Shown: positions 1-9,046 of the stretch, piece by piece
Layout: the number at the start of each line of letters is the position of its first letter
Position numbering within the stretch: the first letter of the stretch is position 1
Source of the DNA: an uncultured Methanomicrobiales archaeon
GTDB taxonomy: Archaea; Halobacteriota; Methanomicrobia; Methanomicrobiales; Methanospirillaceae
DNA: 64,000 nt
Direction: 5' to 3'
Assembly: GCA_963758915.1 (NCBI GenBank)
Contig: CAVWXH010000009.1
Span: forward strand, 32,001-96,000
Translations under genes and position numbers: made by a program
The notes under the pieces: generated by a model
Database searches by the model: none
Seen by the model: the letters and a program-made list of their open reading frames with translations, nothing else
Told to the model about the DNA's origin: nothing

Positions 1-636
1 TTGTACACGGGTGGAGCGGACCGTGAGAGTGCATGTCTCGCACTCAGGACCACCTTCGACTCACTATGCCGGATGCTGGCGCCGTTCACCCCCTACTTTG
101 CTGAAGAGTGCTATTCTTACCTTTCTTCTGTCAGCGTCCACAAGCAGGAATGGACGAAATTTACCTTTGCAGACGAGGAGGCACTGCGGGAAGGTGAACT
201 TCTTGTAAAGGTGGTGTCCGAACTGAGACGCTACAAGCATGAACAGGGAATGGCCCTGAATGCCCCTCTTGGAAAGGTGACCATCTATGCCGTACACGGT
301 ATCGATGACGCAGGAGACACCTCACGGACACTGAATGCAGAAGTCCTGTGGAGCAACAACAGGGCTGACCTTGAACAGGTGGTTTGTGATGTACAGTTCA
401 ACCTCGGCGTGATCGGTCCTGCACTCAGGAAACAGGCAAAGGCATTCATGGACGCAGTCAGGGAACTTCCGAAAGATCAACTGATCAGCCCGCCATCCAC
501 GATAATGGCAGGTGGAGAGGAAATCCCGGTACCAACGGGTGCATTTTCCCCAAAATATGCGTACATGGTCGGGGGAGAGAAAGTGGACGTGGTTAATGTC
601 GGTGACGTGATTGTGACCGTGCAGCGGCCGACCTGA
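1..636 (+). CDS. valS: Valyl-tRNA synthetase, C-terminal part (5' truncated by window)
   Basis: Anticodon-binding motif LAPFTPYFAEECY and archaeal ValRS tail (ELRRYKHEQGMALNAPL, GVIGPALRKQA). Confidence 0.85.
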   Translation: MYTGGADRESACLALRTTFDSLCRMLAPFTPYFAEECYSYLSSVSVHKQEWTKFTFADEEALREGELLVKVVSELRRYKHEQGMALNAPLGKVTIYAVHGIDDAGDTSRTLNAEVLWSNNRADLEQVVCDVQFNLGVIGPALRKQAKAFMDAVRELPKDQLISPPSTIMAGGEEIPVPTGAFSPKYAYMVGGEKVDVVNVGDVIVTVQRPT

Positions 637-1210
637 TGGCATCGGCAACGAACTGCTGAATTTCCTTTTCACCTTTTTCTGCATCCACCAGGATAAACCG
701 CGAGGGGTCTTCCCGTGCAAGTGCCAGGTAATTGTCCTGGAATTTTGAAAGGAGAGAGGCGTATTCGAAATGCTCCTTCCTGCCACGTCCTGAACACCGG
801 AACAGGGCAATCTCTATCGGAAGTACAAGGAGAAATGTCAGGTCGGGAACTATTGTCCACCCGGTATGTACCTGCCTGAGCCAGGCGAGGGGGTCAGGTA
901 CCAGGCCTTCGAGGGTCACCTGCTGGTATGCATACCGGCTGTCTGTGTAGCGGTCGGAGATAACAAGCTGGTTTTTTTCTAAGGCCGGACGGACCACGGT
1001 CGCCAGGTGAACCGCATGATCGGCGACAAACAGGAGCGCCTCGGCAACCGGATCGATCTCCTCTGCAATTGCACGCCGGACGGAATTTCCTATCCACGTC
1101 TCCCCGGGCTCACGGGTCATCACGGGCGCGAGATCTGAAAGGGAGGCTGACAGCGAGGCCACGAGGCTGCTCTTACCGCTGCCATCAATTCCTTCAATCG
1201 TTATTAACAG
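593..1210 (-). CDS. tmk: Thymidylate kinase (probable CTG start at 1210)
   Basis: TREPG and ISDRYTDSRYAYQ motifs; reading upstream of the track's GTG (1162) gives LLITIEGIDGSGKSS (P-loop), preceded by AGGAGG. Confidence 0.9.
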   Translation of the reverse strand: MLITIEGIDGSGKSSLVASLSASLSDLAPVMTREPGETWIGNSVRRAIAEEIDPVAEALLFVADHAVHLATVVRPALEKNQLVISDRYTDSRYAYQQVTLEGLVPDPLAWLRQVHTGWTIVPDLTFLLVLPIEIALFRCSGRGRKEHFEYASLLSKFQDNYLALAREDPSRFILVDAEKGEKEIQQFVADAIRSAAARSQSRHRH

Positions 1211-1875
1211 AATATACCCCTCCTGATCATATCCACCGGTAAGGCACTGTTATGAAGCGCGGTCGCAACAATTGCACCGTCAAACCCGGAATTCCCCAGC
1301 ATTTCCAGGTCTTCTACCGATGCCACACCCCCGCCCCAGAGGAGCCTTCCCGAAAAGGCCTCCCTCATTTGTATCAGCCGCTCCTGGTCCAGTCCCTTCG
1401 ACGTGCCTACCCCGCTGATATCAAGCAGGATACAACCATCAAAACATAATTCATGCACAGACCGGATATATTCCAGGGGGTCTCTTCCGGACGGGATTAC
1501 CTTCCCTCCTTTCATGTCGATACTCAGATATCCTGATTTGTAACGGGTTAAATTGTTGCCAGCAGTTTCTGTGCCAATCACATTCTCAAAATGGTCCAGG
1601 GCAAGGAGATCTCCCGGGCCCCTGCATCCCCTGTCCGCATAGCAGTGCCGGACAAGCTGGTTGCACCGGGCGATTAACCCGTCATGTGACCCGGCACCCG
1701 TAATCCTGTCGAGATCGGCGATATAGATCGACCGGGGCCTGATGTGGCGAATAAATTCTTCAGGATCTGCCACGGGTGAGGCCCCCCAGGTAAGCGGGCG
1801 ATAGTTCATACGGTCGCCACGCTCACCATGGACAACAAGCCCGTCCTTCAAATCCATTGCGAGAACAAGTTCCAT
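1204..1875 (-). CDS. HisA/HisF-related TIM-barrel protein (MJ0703/Orf17-like)
   Basis: LVLAMDLKDGLVVHG..YRP, IYIADLDRI, LLDISGVG, GGGV..EDL, AIVATALH motifs; ATG at 1875. Confidence 0.85.
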   Translation of the reverse strand: MELVLAMDLKDGLVVHGERGDRMNYRPLTWGASPVADPEEFIRHIRPRSIYIADLDRITGAGSHDGLIARCNQLVRHCYADRGCRGPGDLLALDHFENVIGTETAGNNLTRYKSGYLSIDMKGGKVIPSGRDPLEYIRSVHELCFDGCILLDISGVGTSKGLDQERLIQMREAFSGRLLWGGGVASVEDLEMLGNSGFDGAIVATALHNSALPVDMIRRGIFC

Positions 1876-1918
1876 GCCAGAACGCAATCACTATTAGGAT
1901 AAAAGATCATTAAACTCT

Positions 1919-2605
1919 ATGCAATTACTGGTCAGCCCGCGGGATATTCCGGAAGCAAGGAAGTCTCTTGCCGCTGATATCATCGATGTAAAAAAGCCTT
2001 CTGAGGGTTCGCTCGGGGCGAACTTTCCCTGGGTGATCAGGGAGATCAAGGCCCTCTCAACCAAACCGGTGAGTGCAGCGATTGGTGATTTTGATTATAA
2101 ACCAGGTGGTGCGAGCCTGGCTGCCTATGGCGCTGCCTGTTCCGGGGCGGACTATATCAAGGTAGGGTTGATGTTTGACGGGATCGATAAGGCATCAGAC
2201 CTTATTGAGTCAGTTGTGAAAGCGGTAAAAGATGAGTTCCCGGAAAAACGTGTTGTGATATCTGCATATTCGGATTATGTACGACTCGGGAGCATCTCCC
2301 CCTTTGATATGGCACCGCTCGTTGCGGAAGCAGGAGCTGACCTCGCGATGATCGACACCGGTATTAAGGATGGAAAGAGCACGTTCGATTTTATGGACGA
2401 GGCGACACTTACCCGCTTTACCTGGAAAAATCATGACCTTGGCATCGGAACTGCAATTGCCGGTGCACTGAAAATGGAAGATATACCTGTATTGAAACGT
2501 ATCAACCCCGATATCATCGGGGTCAGGGGAATGGTCTGCGGTGGTGACAGGAATGCATCTATCCGTGAAGATCTGGTCCAGAAACTGGTCGGGATGGTGA
2601 AGTAA
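1919..2605 (+). CDS. mfnB: (5-formylfuran-3-yl)methyl phosphate synthase (methanofuran biosynthesis)
   Basis: MQLLVSP, DIIDVKKPSEGSLGA, VSAAIGD, MIDTGIKDG, DIIGVRG signatures of MJ1099 family. Confidence 0.9.
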   Translation: MQLLVSPRDIPEARKSLAADIIDVKKPSEGSLGANFPWVIREIKALSTKPVSAAIGDFDYKPGGASLAAYGAACSGADYIKVGLMFDGIDKASDLIESVVKAVKDEFPEKRVVISAYSDYVRLGSISPFDMAPLVAEAGADLAMIDTGIKDGKSTFDFMDEATLTRFTWKNHDLGIGTAIAGALKMEDIPVLKRINPDIIGVRGMVCGGDRNASIREDLVQKLVGMVK

Positions 2606-4075
2606 ATGTTTACTGAAAAACTGGAAACTGCAACGCTTGCTCTTACTTTTGATGATGTCCTCCTCATGCCTGCGGAGTCCTATATCGATCCAGACCAGAC
2701 CGTAGTGACCTCACGTTTCTCGACGAATATTCCCCTCAACGTCCCGCTCGTCAGTGCCGCCATGGACACGGTTACCGAGTCAATGATGGCAATTGTGCTG
2801 GCACATGAAGGTGGTATCGGTGTAATTCACCGGAATATGCTACCCGACCACGAGGTTGAGGAAGTCAGGGCAGTGAAACAGGCAGAAGAACTGATCGAAC
2901 GGAAGGTGCTTACGGTAGGCCCTGATTCAACCGTCGCTGATGTGGAACGCCTCATGAACGAGCACCGGATTGGCGGGGTGCCGGTCATCGATGCCGGGAA
3001 AATCATCGGTATTGTAAGCCGGCGGGATGTCCGCGCGATCGCATCCAAACGTGGGACCGAACGCATAGAGGCGATAATGACGCGGAACCCTATCACTGCG
3101 GACGTTGATATCACCATGGACCAGGCGCTTGAAACCATGTACACCAACAAGGTCGAGCGCCTGCCGGTTGTTGACCAGAAGGGAAAACTGATAGGGATCA
3201 TCACGATGCAGGATATCCTTGAAAAACGCCAGTACCCAAAAGCGACACGGGACAGCAAAGGTAACCTTCGTGTCGCTGCGGCGGTCGGCCCCTTCGACTT
3301 TAACAGGGCGATGCTCCTTGACGAGGCCGGTGCCGATGCGCTGGTGGTGGACTGTGCGCACGGCCATAACATGAAAGTCGTTGCAGCGGTGAAAGATATC
3401 AAAGCAAGTGCAAAAGCCGACGTTGTGGCAGGAAATATCGCGACCGCACAGGCGGCCCGCGAGCTTGTCGACCATGTAAACGGCCTGAAAGTTGGCATTG
3501 GTCCCGGGTCTATCTGTACGACACGGATAGTCGCCGGGGTTGGAGTACCACAGATTACGGCAATCGCAGCGGTTGCGGATGTAGCCCGGCTGTCGGGTGT
3601 CCCGGTAATTGCGGACGGGGGTGTCAGGTACAGCGGCGATGTCGCCAAAGCAATCGCGGCAGGTGCCGATTCAGTAATGATGGGCAGCCTGTTTGCCGGC
3701 ACCGATGAAGCCCCGGGGAGGGTCATTACGATTAAGGGACGACGGTACAAGCAGTACCGGGGAATGGGTTCCCTCGGCGTCATGAGCTCGGGGGTCTCAA
3801 GCGACCGGTACTTCCAGCCAAAGGATATCGGGAGAACAAAATTTGTACCAGAAGGCGTGGAAGGGGTCACACCCTACGTGGGAAATGTCGCGGACATCAT
3901 CTACCAGCTCGTGGGAGGGCTGAAATCTGCAATGGGTTACACAGGATCGAAGAATATAGGGGAAATGCATGAAAAGGCAGCACTCGTCAGGATTACGCCG
4001 GCCGGACATTTCGAGAGCCACCCCCACAATATCCTGATCACCGATGAGGCTCCCAATTACCGGATTAGCGATTAA
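2606..4075 (+). CDS. guaB: IMP dehydrogenase with CBS pair
   Basis: LTFDDVLL, SAAMDTVT, KVGIGPGSICTTR catalytic loop, YRGMGS. Confidence 0.97.
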   Translation: MFTEKLETATLALTFDDVLLMPAESYIDPDQTVVTSRFSTNIPLNVPLVSAAMDTVTESMMAIVLAHEGGIGVIHRNMLPDHEVEEVRAVKQAEELIERKVLTVGPDSTVADVERLMNEHRIGGVPVIDAGKIIGIVSRRDVRAIASKRGTERIEAIMTRNPITADVDITMDQALETMYTNKVERLPVVDQKGKLIGIITMQDILEKRQYPKATRDSKGNLRVAAAVGPFDFNRAMLLDEAGADALVVDCAHGHNMKVVAAVKDIKASAKADVVAGNIATAQAARELVDHVNGLKVGIGPGSICTTRIVAGVGVPQITAIAAVADVARLSGVPVIADGGVRYSGDVAKAIAAGADSVMMGSLFAGTDEAPGRVITIKGRRYKQYRGMGSLGVMSSGVSSDRYFQPKDIGRTKFVPEGVEGVTPYVGNVADIIYQLVGGLKSAMGYTGSKNIGEMHEKAALVRITPAGHFESHPHNILITDEAPNYRISD

Positions 4076-4139
4076 ACAGGGATTATCGCTATTTCCAGCT
4101 TTTTTTTCACCTTCTGAAATCCATCTGACCCATTTGGGG

Positions 4140-4315
4140 GAAGGAATTTCTGAAATTTACTCAGGTTCCAGGGGCTCCACCCAATGGCTTAGGCAACCCT
4201 GGTTGTAATACAGACTTTTTTTTGGAACTCTACTGCATACAGGTAATCATCGGGTGAACCCTGCCCAACCAATATCTTGTTGGGGAAGGTCCGGTAGAAT
4301 GAAAAACCCTCCTGG
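4140..4315 (+). repeat. Degenerate copy of the MITE-like repeat core
   Basis: Recognisable but diverged blocks: gaaatttactca..ggggctc..ggcaaccctggttg..gaaccctgccc..aatatct..gaaaaaccctcctg. Confidence 0.55.
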
Positions 4316-4386
4316 TTATGCAGTTCCGATTTATTTCCAATCTGGAAAGAATAAACCGATCCTTCCACGCGAGAAGAAAAAAATTC

Positions 4387-4669
4387 GGCTCTGTAGAACA
4401 ATAACGGTTCCTCTGACATCACAAAATTCTATCTTCTTGCAGATTGGGAATTCCAAAATTTCGTCACGCTCCTGGGGCTCATAGCCCGCCGCTTTGGCGA
4501 CCCGGTTGGGATAGAGGCTATCCCAAAATACTCTGAATTGAATGAGCCTTCGAGAAACCCTGCCCGAAGGATATCTTAATGGGGGGTGGGGCAGGGAGGG
4601 GGTGAAACCCCCTCCTGTCTTCGTATTTCCCTCTTATTTTTTATGACACCGAAGGGTTTCAACAAAGCG
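4387..4669 (+). mobile_element. MITE-like element with IS903-like TIRs and 9-bp target site duplication
   Basis: Left end GGCTCTGTAGAAC, right end GTTTCAACAAAGCG; AAAAAATTC at 4378-4386 and 4670-4678; no transposase. Confidence 0.8.
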
Positions 4670-4971
4670 AAAAAATTCAGGAGATCCGCCTGACGGGATA
4701 GCTGAGGTATCAGGTACTGATACCGGACCCGGGATTCCGCATACTATGAAACTGAAGACTTTTGACCTGCTACTGCGGGATTCCGCCATGCACAGCAGAT
4801 AGGGGCCAGGGCTGCACATTGTCAGGATGCAGGTTGAAGCATACGGGGCACGTATCAACGGAATTACCAGACCGTATTGTGCAGGAAATGTGATTACAGC
4901 TCCGTTATATGAACATGAAAGCGGCACAATATTTTTTAGTACGGAATGTAAGGTTGCGGGTTCTGAACTAC

Positions 4972-4988
4972 AAATATTATAAATATTT
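4972..4988. promoter_or_regulatory. Inverted repeat overlapping the probable TATA box of the regulator-Hsp20 operon
   Basis: AAATATT-ATA-AATATTT overlapping TTATAAATA, 11 bp before the ORF start. Confidence 0.45.
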
Positions 4989-4999
4989 ACAGGACTAAC

Positions 5000-5632
5000 A
5001 TGAGGTTACTAATGCTCGACAGCATCGACGTTGCCCGCGTTCTGGACATCCTTGGGAACAGGAACCGAAGACGGATTATTGAACTCCTCAGGGAGAAACC
5101 GTGCTTTGTCACAGAGATCTCTGACCGGCTTACACTCTCCCCTAAAGCAGTTATCGAGCACCTGCAGATGATGGAACGAGAAGAGATCCTTGCATTCTGG
5201 ATGGACGAGAGGCGGAGAAAATACTATTTTCTTTCCAACGACATCAGCATCGTAGTGAGCCTTCAGAAGCAGGAAAGGTCTGAGGTTTCAAGAGATAGCA
5301 ATACCGGTACCGGGTTCCTGCGGTCCCTGCTGACACTCCGGAAGATGGTGCAGGCCAGGGACGAACTTGTTTCAAGGGTAGGGCACCTTGATAATGACAT
5401 CGGGGAGCAGATGCGTGAGATTGAAAAGAGAGCGAAAAGTATCCTTCAGAACGAAACAGAACTCGATCTGGTGATTGCACTTTCCCATTACCATCTCACA
5501 CTCTCCGACCTTGTCGAGCTGACGGGAAAAGAAGATGTCGAGATCATCCCGGCGGTCGAAGACCTGATATCCCGCGGGATCATCGAGCAGGAAGGCCCCC
5601 AATACCGTATCTGTGATATGTATGCCGAATAA
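5000..5632 (+). CDS. ArsR-family wHTH transcriptional regulator, Phr/HSR1-like heat-shock regulator
   Basis: LDILGNRNRRRIIELL..PCFVTEIS..KAVIEHL..RRKYY plus coiled coil; overlaps an Hsp20-like gene. Confidence 0.8.
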   Translation: MRLLMLDSIDVARVLDILGNRNRRRIIELLREKPCFVTEISDRLTLSPKAVIEHLQMMEREEILAFWMDERRRKYYFLSNDISIVVSLQKQERSEVSRDSNTGTGFLRSLLTLRKMVQARDELVSRVGHLDNDIGEQMREIEKRAKSILQNETELDLVIALSHYHLTLSDLVELTGKEDVEIIPAVEDLISRGIIEQEGPQYRICDMYAE

Positions 5633-6044
5633 AGAAAACCCGTATGATGATTTTCTCAAGTCCCTTGCAAAACTGGTAGAGGACATCATGAAGGACCTGC
5701 CTGATGATGAGCATGCGAGGTTTATCGGGTGTACGATCATTGCAGGGGGGACCAGCGGGACACCTCCTTTCTTGGAGGGGAATCAGGGTAACTGCAACGA
5801 GATCAGGTATGAAATCATCGAATCCGATGAACGGATATTTATTACCACGCAGCTGCCACCCGACATAAAAAATGCCCCTTATGCGGATATTGACCCGGAT
5901 TCAGTACGGATCTGTATCGATGACCTTAACGAGCTGATCCCGCTCCCTGTACATATCGACGTCATCCACAGCTTTTACATCGTCAGGCACGGGGTAATGG
6001 ACATCGTACTGAAAAAAAAGCCCTCCTACCCGGACATCAACTAA
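5622..6044 (+). CDS. Hsp20/CS-like domain protein
   Basis: YEIIESDERIFITTQLP and HGVMDIVLKK alpha-crystallin-like ends; coupled to the regulator. Confidence 0.65.
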   Translation: MPNKENPYDDFLKSLAKLVEDIMKDLPDDEHARFIGCTIIAGGTSGTPPFLEGNQGNCNEIRYEIIESDERIFITTQLPPDIKNAPYADIDPDSVRICIDDLNELIPLPVHIDVIHSFYIVRHGVMDIVLKKKPSYPDIN

Positions 6045-6118
6045 ATTGTCCAGCTCGCTATTTTTAATAGTAACTCGTGGATTGTAAAAAGGATTGGACT
6101 TTTATTGTCATCCTATCC

Positions 6119-6369
6119 AAATTTATCTTACAGATTATGGGGTTCCAAAAATTCACCACGCTCACGGGGCTCATGGTCCGCCGCTTTGGCGACCCCGGTT
6201 GGGATAGTGAATAACCTCTAAATCTCTGAAATTTTCAGGGACATTACAGATGACCCCCCAGTGAATATCATATTTGGGGGTGGGGCAGGGGAGGGGTGAA
6301 ACCACCTCCTTTCTACGTATTCCCGCTTCTCATTTTTTAAAAAATAACACACAGAGTTTCAATAAAGCC
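6119..6369 (+). mobile_element. MITE-like repeat copy (core plus right TIR)
   Basis: cacgctcacggggctcatggtccgccgctttggcgaccccggttgggatag...ggggcaggggaggggtgaaaccacctcc...GTTTCAATAAAGCC. Confidence 0.75.
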
Positions 6370-6451
6370 CTTCTTTTTTTCAACCCGCAGAAATGTCAGA
6401 AGGCTCATAAACGAAAAAGGAATTATCTCCCGGATTACACGGGATACCGTT

Positions 6452-8635
6452 TCAGACCTTCACATGGGCGTCTGTCGTTGCCCACTCCGTAATTTTCCGC
6501 TCTTTCCTGTCATATTCATGGAACTGGCGGAGTGAGACCGTGAGATCCCGTGTGAATGCGAAGTACCCAATCTGGGTGCTGCGACATAATTTCATCGCCA
6601 TGTCCATCAGACCACGGGGGTCAGGTCTCGATTCACCAAGCCAGATATGGAAAATATTTCCCCCGTCCACGATCGGGAAGAAGACATGTTCGATCTCCAT
6701 GCGCTGTGCAAGTGTAATCCTTGCCCCGGGGGCGACATGTGTCCCATTCGTATAGTATATGGGGAGGTCACGGGTCGTCCCTATCCTTTTCAGTGACCCT
6801 TCGAGGTCTCCTTTGACAACCTTCTTTGCGGGTTCACGGAAGTCCTTGTTGAGCAGGTCTGAAACAGCGAATCGCTGGCCCGTTGTCTCGGCGGGTGTCC
6901 TTGCAAGCGCAATGGTCATCGAATGTTTTTCTGACAATTCCCTGGCATAGAGTTCCATCTCGGTCATCGCACGGACCGCGAGTTTGAATGCCTCTTTCGA
7001 TTCATGCAGTTGTGACCCGACATGGGCCTGCACCATCTCATTGACGCCGACAATCCCAATCGTGTAGACCAGTCCCTCGAGGTCTACGGCTATTGCACCG
7101 CGTTCTCCGGTGATCGGGTCTTTTGGCCTCTGCATCGCAAACGGCATCCTCCCATGTGCCCGGATAATTTCAAGCCAGCGCCGCTTGATATTGAAGACCT
7201 CAACTGCCACATCCATCATCAGGCGGAGTTCTGAAAAAAGCCGCCCGTCATCTCCTTCAGCCTTATACGCAGCACGGGGGCAGTTTAAGGAGACAACCTG
7301 CCAGGAGCCCATCGAGAAATGACGGCCCTCCTCGAAATACAACTTTTTATCAAATTCAGAGTCATTTTCCGCAACGCAGGAGAACTGGTAGGCACAACAC
7401 TGGTAGCAGGAGATACCTTTCCCTGCACCGCGATACCCGGGCATCTGGTTATCATAATAGGGAGTGCCGAATTTCGAGGCCAGTTCAAACGTGAGAAGAT
7501 AGAGCTCGCTGTAGGTCGGGAGGTCGGGGTGCGCCTGGTTATACTCATTCATCTCCTTCATGAATTCAGGTTCGATGCTGATTTCCGGTTTCGGGAAGGA
7601 GAAGGGCTTTCCCCATGAGTCCCCCTCAAGCATTACCTCCATGAGAGATTTGAAAAGGAGCCTCACTTCGCGTTCAAATTCCTGGTAGGTGCGTTTTGGT
7701 GCAGATTTTCCGTCCCAGATCTTCCCCTTGTAGACACAGGGCTTGTCTTTCCAGAGCGCAGGCACACCCGGGCATAGCTGAACAGACGAAAAGACGAGCT
7801 GGCCTCCCCGTGCAACCATCATCTGGGTCATCTCGTAGACAAACATCTGCATCATCTGCCTGATCTCGCTATAGGGCATCCCTTCGAAATAAGGTGCCAG
7901 GAATGTCAGGAAATTATAATAGCCCTGTCCGCCTGCAAAATTCGTCTGGGCACTCCCGAGTGCCTTGACCGCATGGAGCACGGCAACTTCTGCGCGCCTT
8001 GCGGGTCCGGCTACTGATGCTTTTGTACCATTCCCGTCAGGCATGAGCCCGTAGTAAAAGAAGTACCTGAGGTCCCAGTCCTGGCAGAACGGACGTGTCC
8101 CGAAATACTCAAGGTCGTGGATGTGGATATCCCCTCTCAGATGATGGTCCGCAAGTTCAGGGGGCAACTGCAGGAGGTATTGTTCCTTGCTGATCTTGTC
8201 CGCCTTTTTCTTATGAGAAGTCTCAGCGTTTTCCTGGAGGTTGGCATTATCTTTTGCCTCAAATCCCCGCCCCACATCGATCAGGTGCGCATCGTATACC
8301 GGTGTACCAACCCTTGTGCATACATTCCTGTATTGGACAAGTCCCCGTTCCAGGAGCGAGATATTCATTATTTCGCGGATCAACGGCCCTGAAAGGGATT
8401 GCAGTCCCATAGAGAGAATTCTTCGTTCCACCGACAGCGCGATCTCCCGGGCGAGTTCCTCATCCGCGCTGGTATACCCGTAAAATGTCTCAACGAGACG
8501 GGTTTCCTCCACTATCTGGCGGACGATCCGTTCCCGGTCCCACTCGATGATATGCCCGTCCGATGTCCGGACCGGGGGCAACGGGGGAATGAATATCCCA
8601 TCAAGTGTCTTCTGGCGGGTATCGCGCTTCTGCAT
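6452..8635 (-). CDS. nrdD: Anaerobic (class III) ribonucleoside-triphosphate reductase catalytic subunit, lacking C-terminal Zn/glycyl-radical domain
   Basis: N-terminal ATP cone, HLRGDIHIHDLEY, PFSFPKP, YQCCAY, TPAETT, YYTNGTH, DGGNIFH; ends without CxxC pairs or RxxGY. Confidence 0.92.
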   Translation of the reverse strand: MQKRDTRQKTLDGIFIPPLPPVRTSDGHIIEWDRERIVRQIVEETRLVETFYGYTSADEELAREIALSVERRILSMGLQSLSGPLIREIMNISLLERGLVQYRNVCTRVGTPVYDAHLIDVGRGFEAKDNANLQENAETSHKKKADKISKEQYLLQLPPELADHHLRGDIHIHDLEYFGTRPFCQDWDLRYFFYYGLMPDGNGTKASVAGPARRAEVAVLHAVKALGSAQTNFAGGQGYYNFLTFLAPYFEGMPYSEIRQMMQMFVYEMTQMMVARGGQLVFSSVQLCPGVPALWKDKPCVYKGKIWDGKSAPKRTYQEFEREVRLLFKSLMEVMLEGDSWGKPFSFPKPEISIEPEFMKEMNEYNQAHPDLPTYSELYLLTFELASKFGTPYYDNQMPGYRGAGKGISCYQCCAYQFSCVAENDSEFDKKLYFEEGRHFSMGSWQVVSLNCPRAAYKAEGDDGRLFSELRLMMDVAVEVFNIKRRWLEIIRAHGRMPFAMQRPKDPITGERGAIAVDLEGLVYTIGIVGVNEMVQAHVGSQLHESKEAFKLAVRAMTEMELYARELSEKHSMTIALARTPAETTGQRFAVSDLLNKDFREPAKKVVKGDLEGSLKRIGTTRDLPIYYTNGTHVAPGARITLAQRMEIEHVFFPIVDGGNIFHIWLGESRPDPRGLMDMAMKLCRSTQIGYFAFTRDLTVSLRQFHEYDRKERKITEWATTDAHVKV

Positions 8636-8905
8636 TTATGCACCTGCAAGAAATTGTGTGACCTTGTCTTCCCTGACATGTCCCCCAAAAAAGAGATCAG
8701 GGGATGTGAGGAAGTTGTCACCCTTCTGGAGGACGGGGGCCTCGCTGACGAATATCCCATTGATACGGAGTTCGGTCAGTGATTCGGCCGTGGACATGTC
8801 CCTCTCCTCGTACGGGATCGTGTGTCCTGTTAAATATTCTTTTAATAGTTCGCAGTTGGGACAAAGCTCAAGTGTATAGATGGTCAGTTGCGGTGAATCT
8901 GCCAA
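8636..8905 (-). CDS. nrdH: NrdH-like glutaredoxin
   Basis: YTLELCPNC redox motif, EAPVL; abuts nrdD; TTG start with GGGGTGA SD. Confidence 0.85.
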   Translation of the reverse strand: MADSPQLTIYTLELCPNCELLKEYLTGHTIPYEERDMSTAESLTELRINGIFVSEAPVLQKGDNFLTSPDLFFGGHVREDKVTQFLAGA

Positions 8906-9046
8906 TGTATCACCCCCCCTATCTCACGTACAATAGCGCTTAATTTTAAAAAAGTGTTCGATAGTTCTCCCGGGGCGCAAAGAAAATTAATTATCCCCGT
9001 ACCGGAAACAAGATATAACCATAACAGGATAAAGGAGGGGCCCGGA

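Noticed and set aside
593-636. 44-bp convergent overlap of valS and tmk
   Set aside because: Short 3' overlaps are common in compact archaeal genomes.
2827-3870. 347-aa antisense ORF within guaB (and similar antisense ORFs over ABC genes)
   Set aside because: Shadow of a conserved sense gene with no recognisable motifs.
4655-4669. GTTTCAAC / TTGAAAC ends resembling CRISPR repeat termini
   Set aside because: They occur as dispersed inverted pairs, not regularly spaced direct repeats with spacers; no cas genes are present.
4189-4927. Short ORFs overlapping repeat copies (also 6274, 16369, 17481, 40188, 50367, 55917)
   Set aside because: Shared peptide segments such as LQIGNSKISSRS come from the repeat; frames and stops are not conserved between copies and show no transposase motifs.
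6380-6560. Possible frameshift or stop read-through restoring the NrdD glycyl-radical tail
   Set aside because: No CxxC or RxxGY found in the minus-strand frames around or after the stop.
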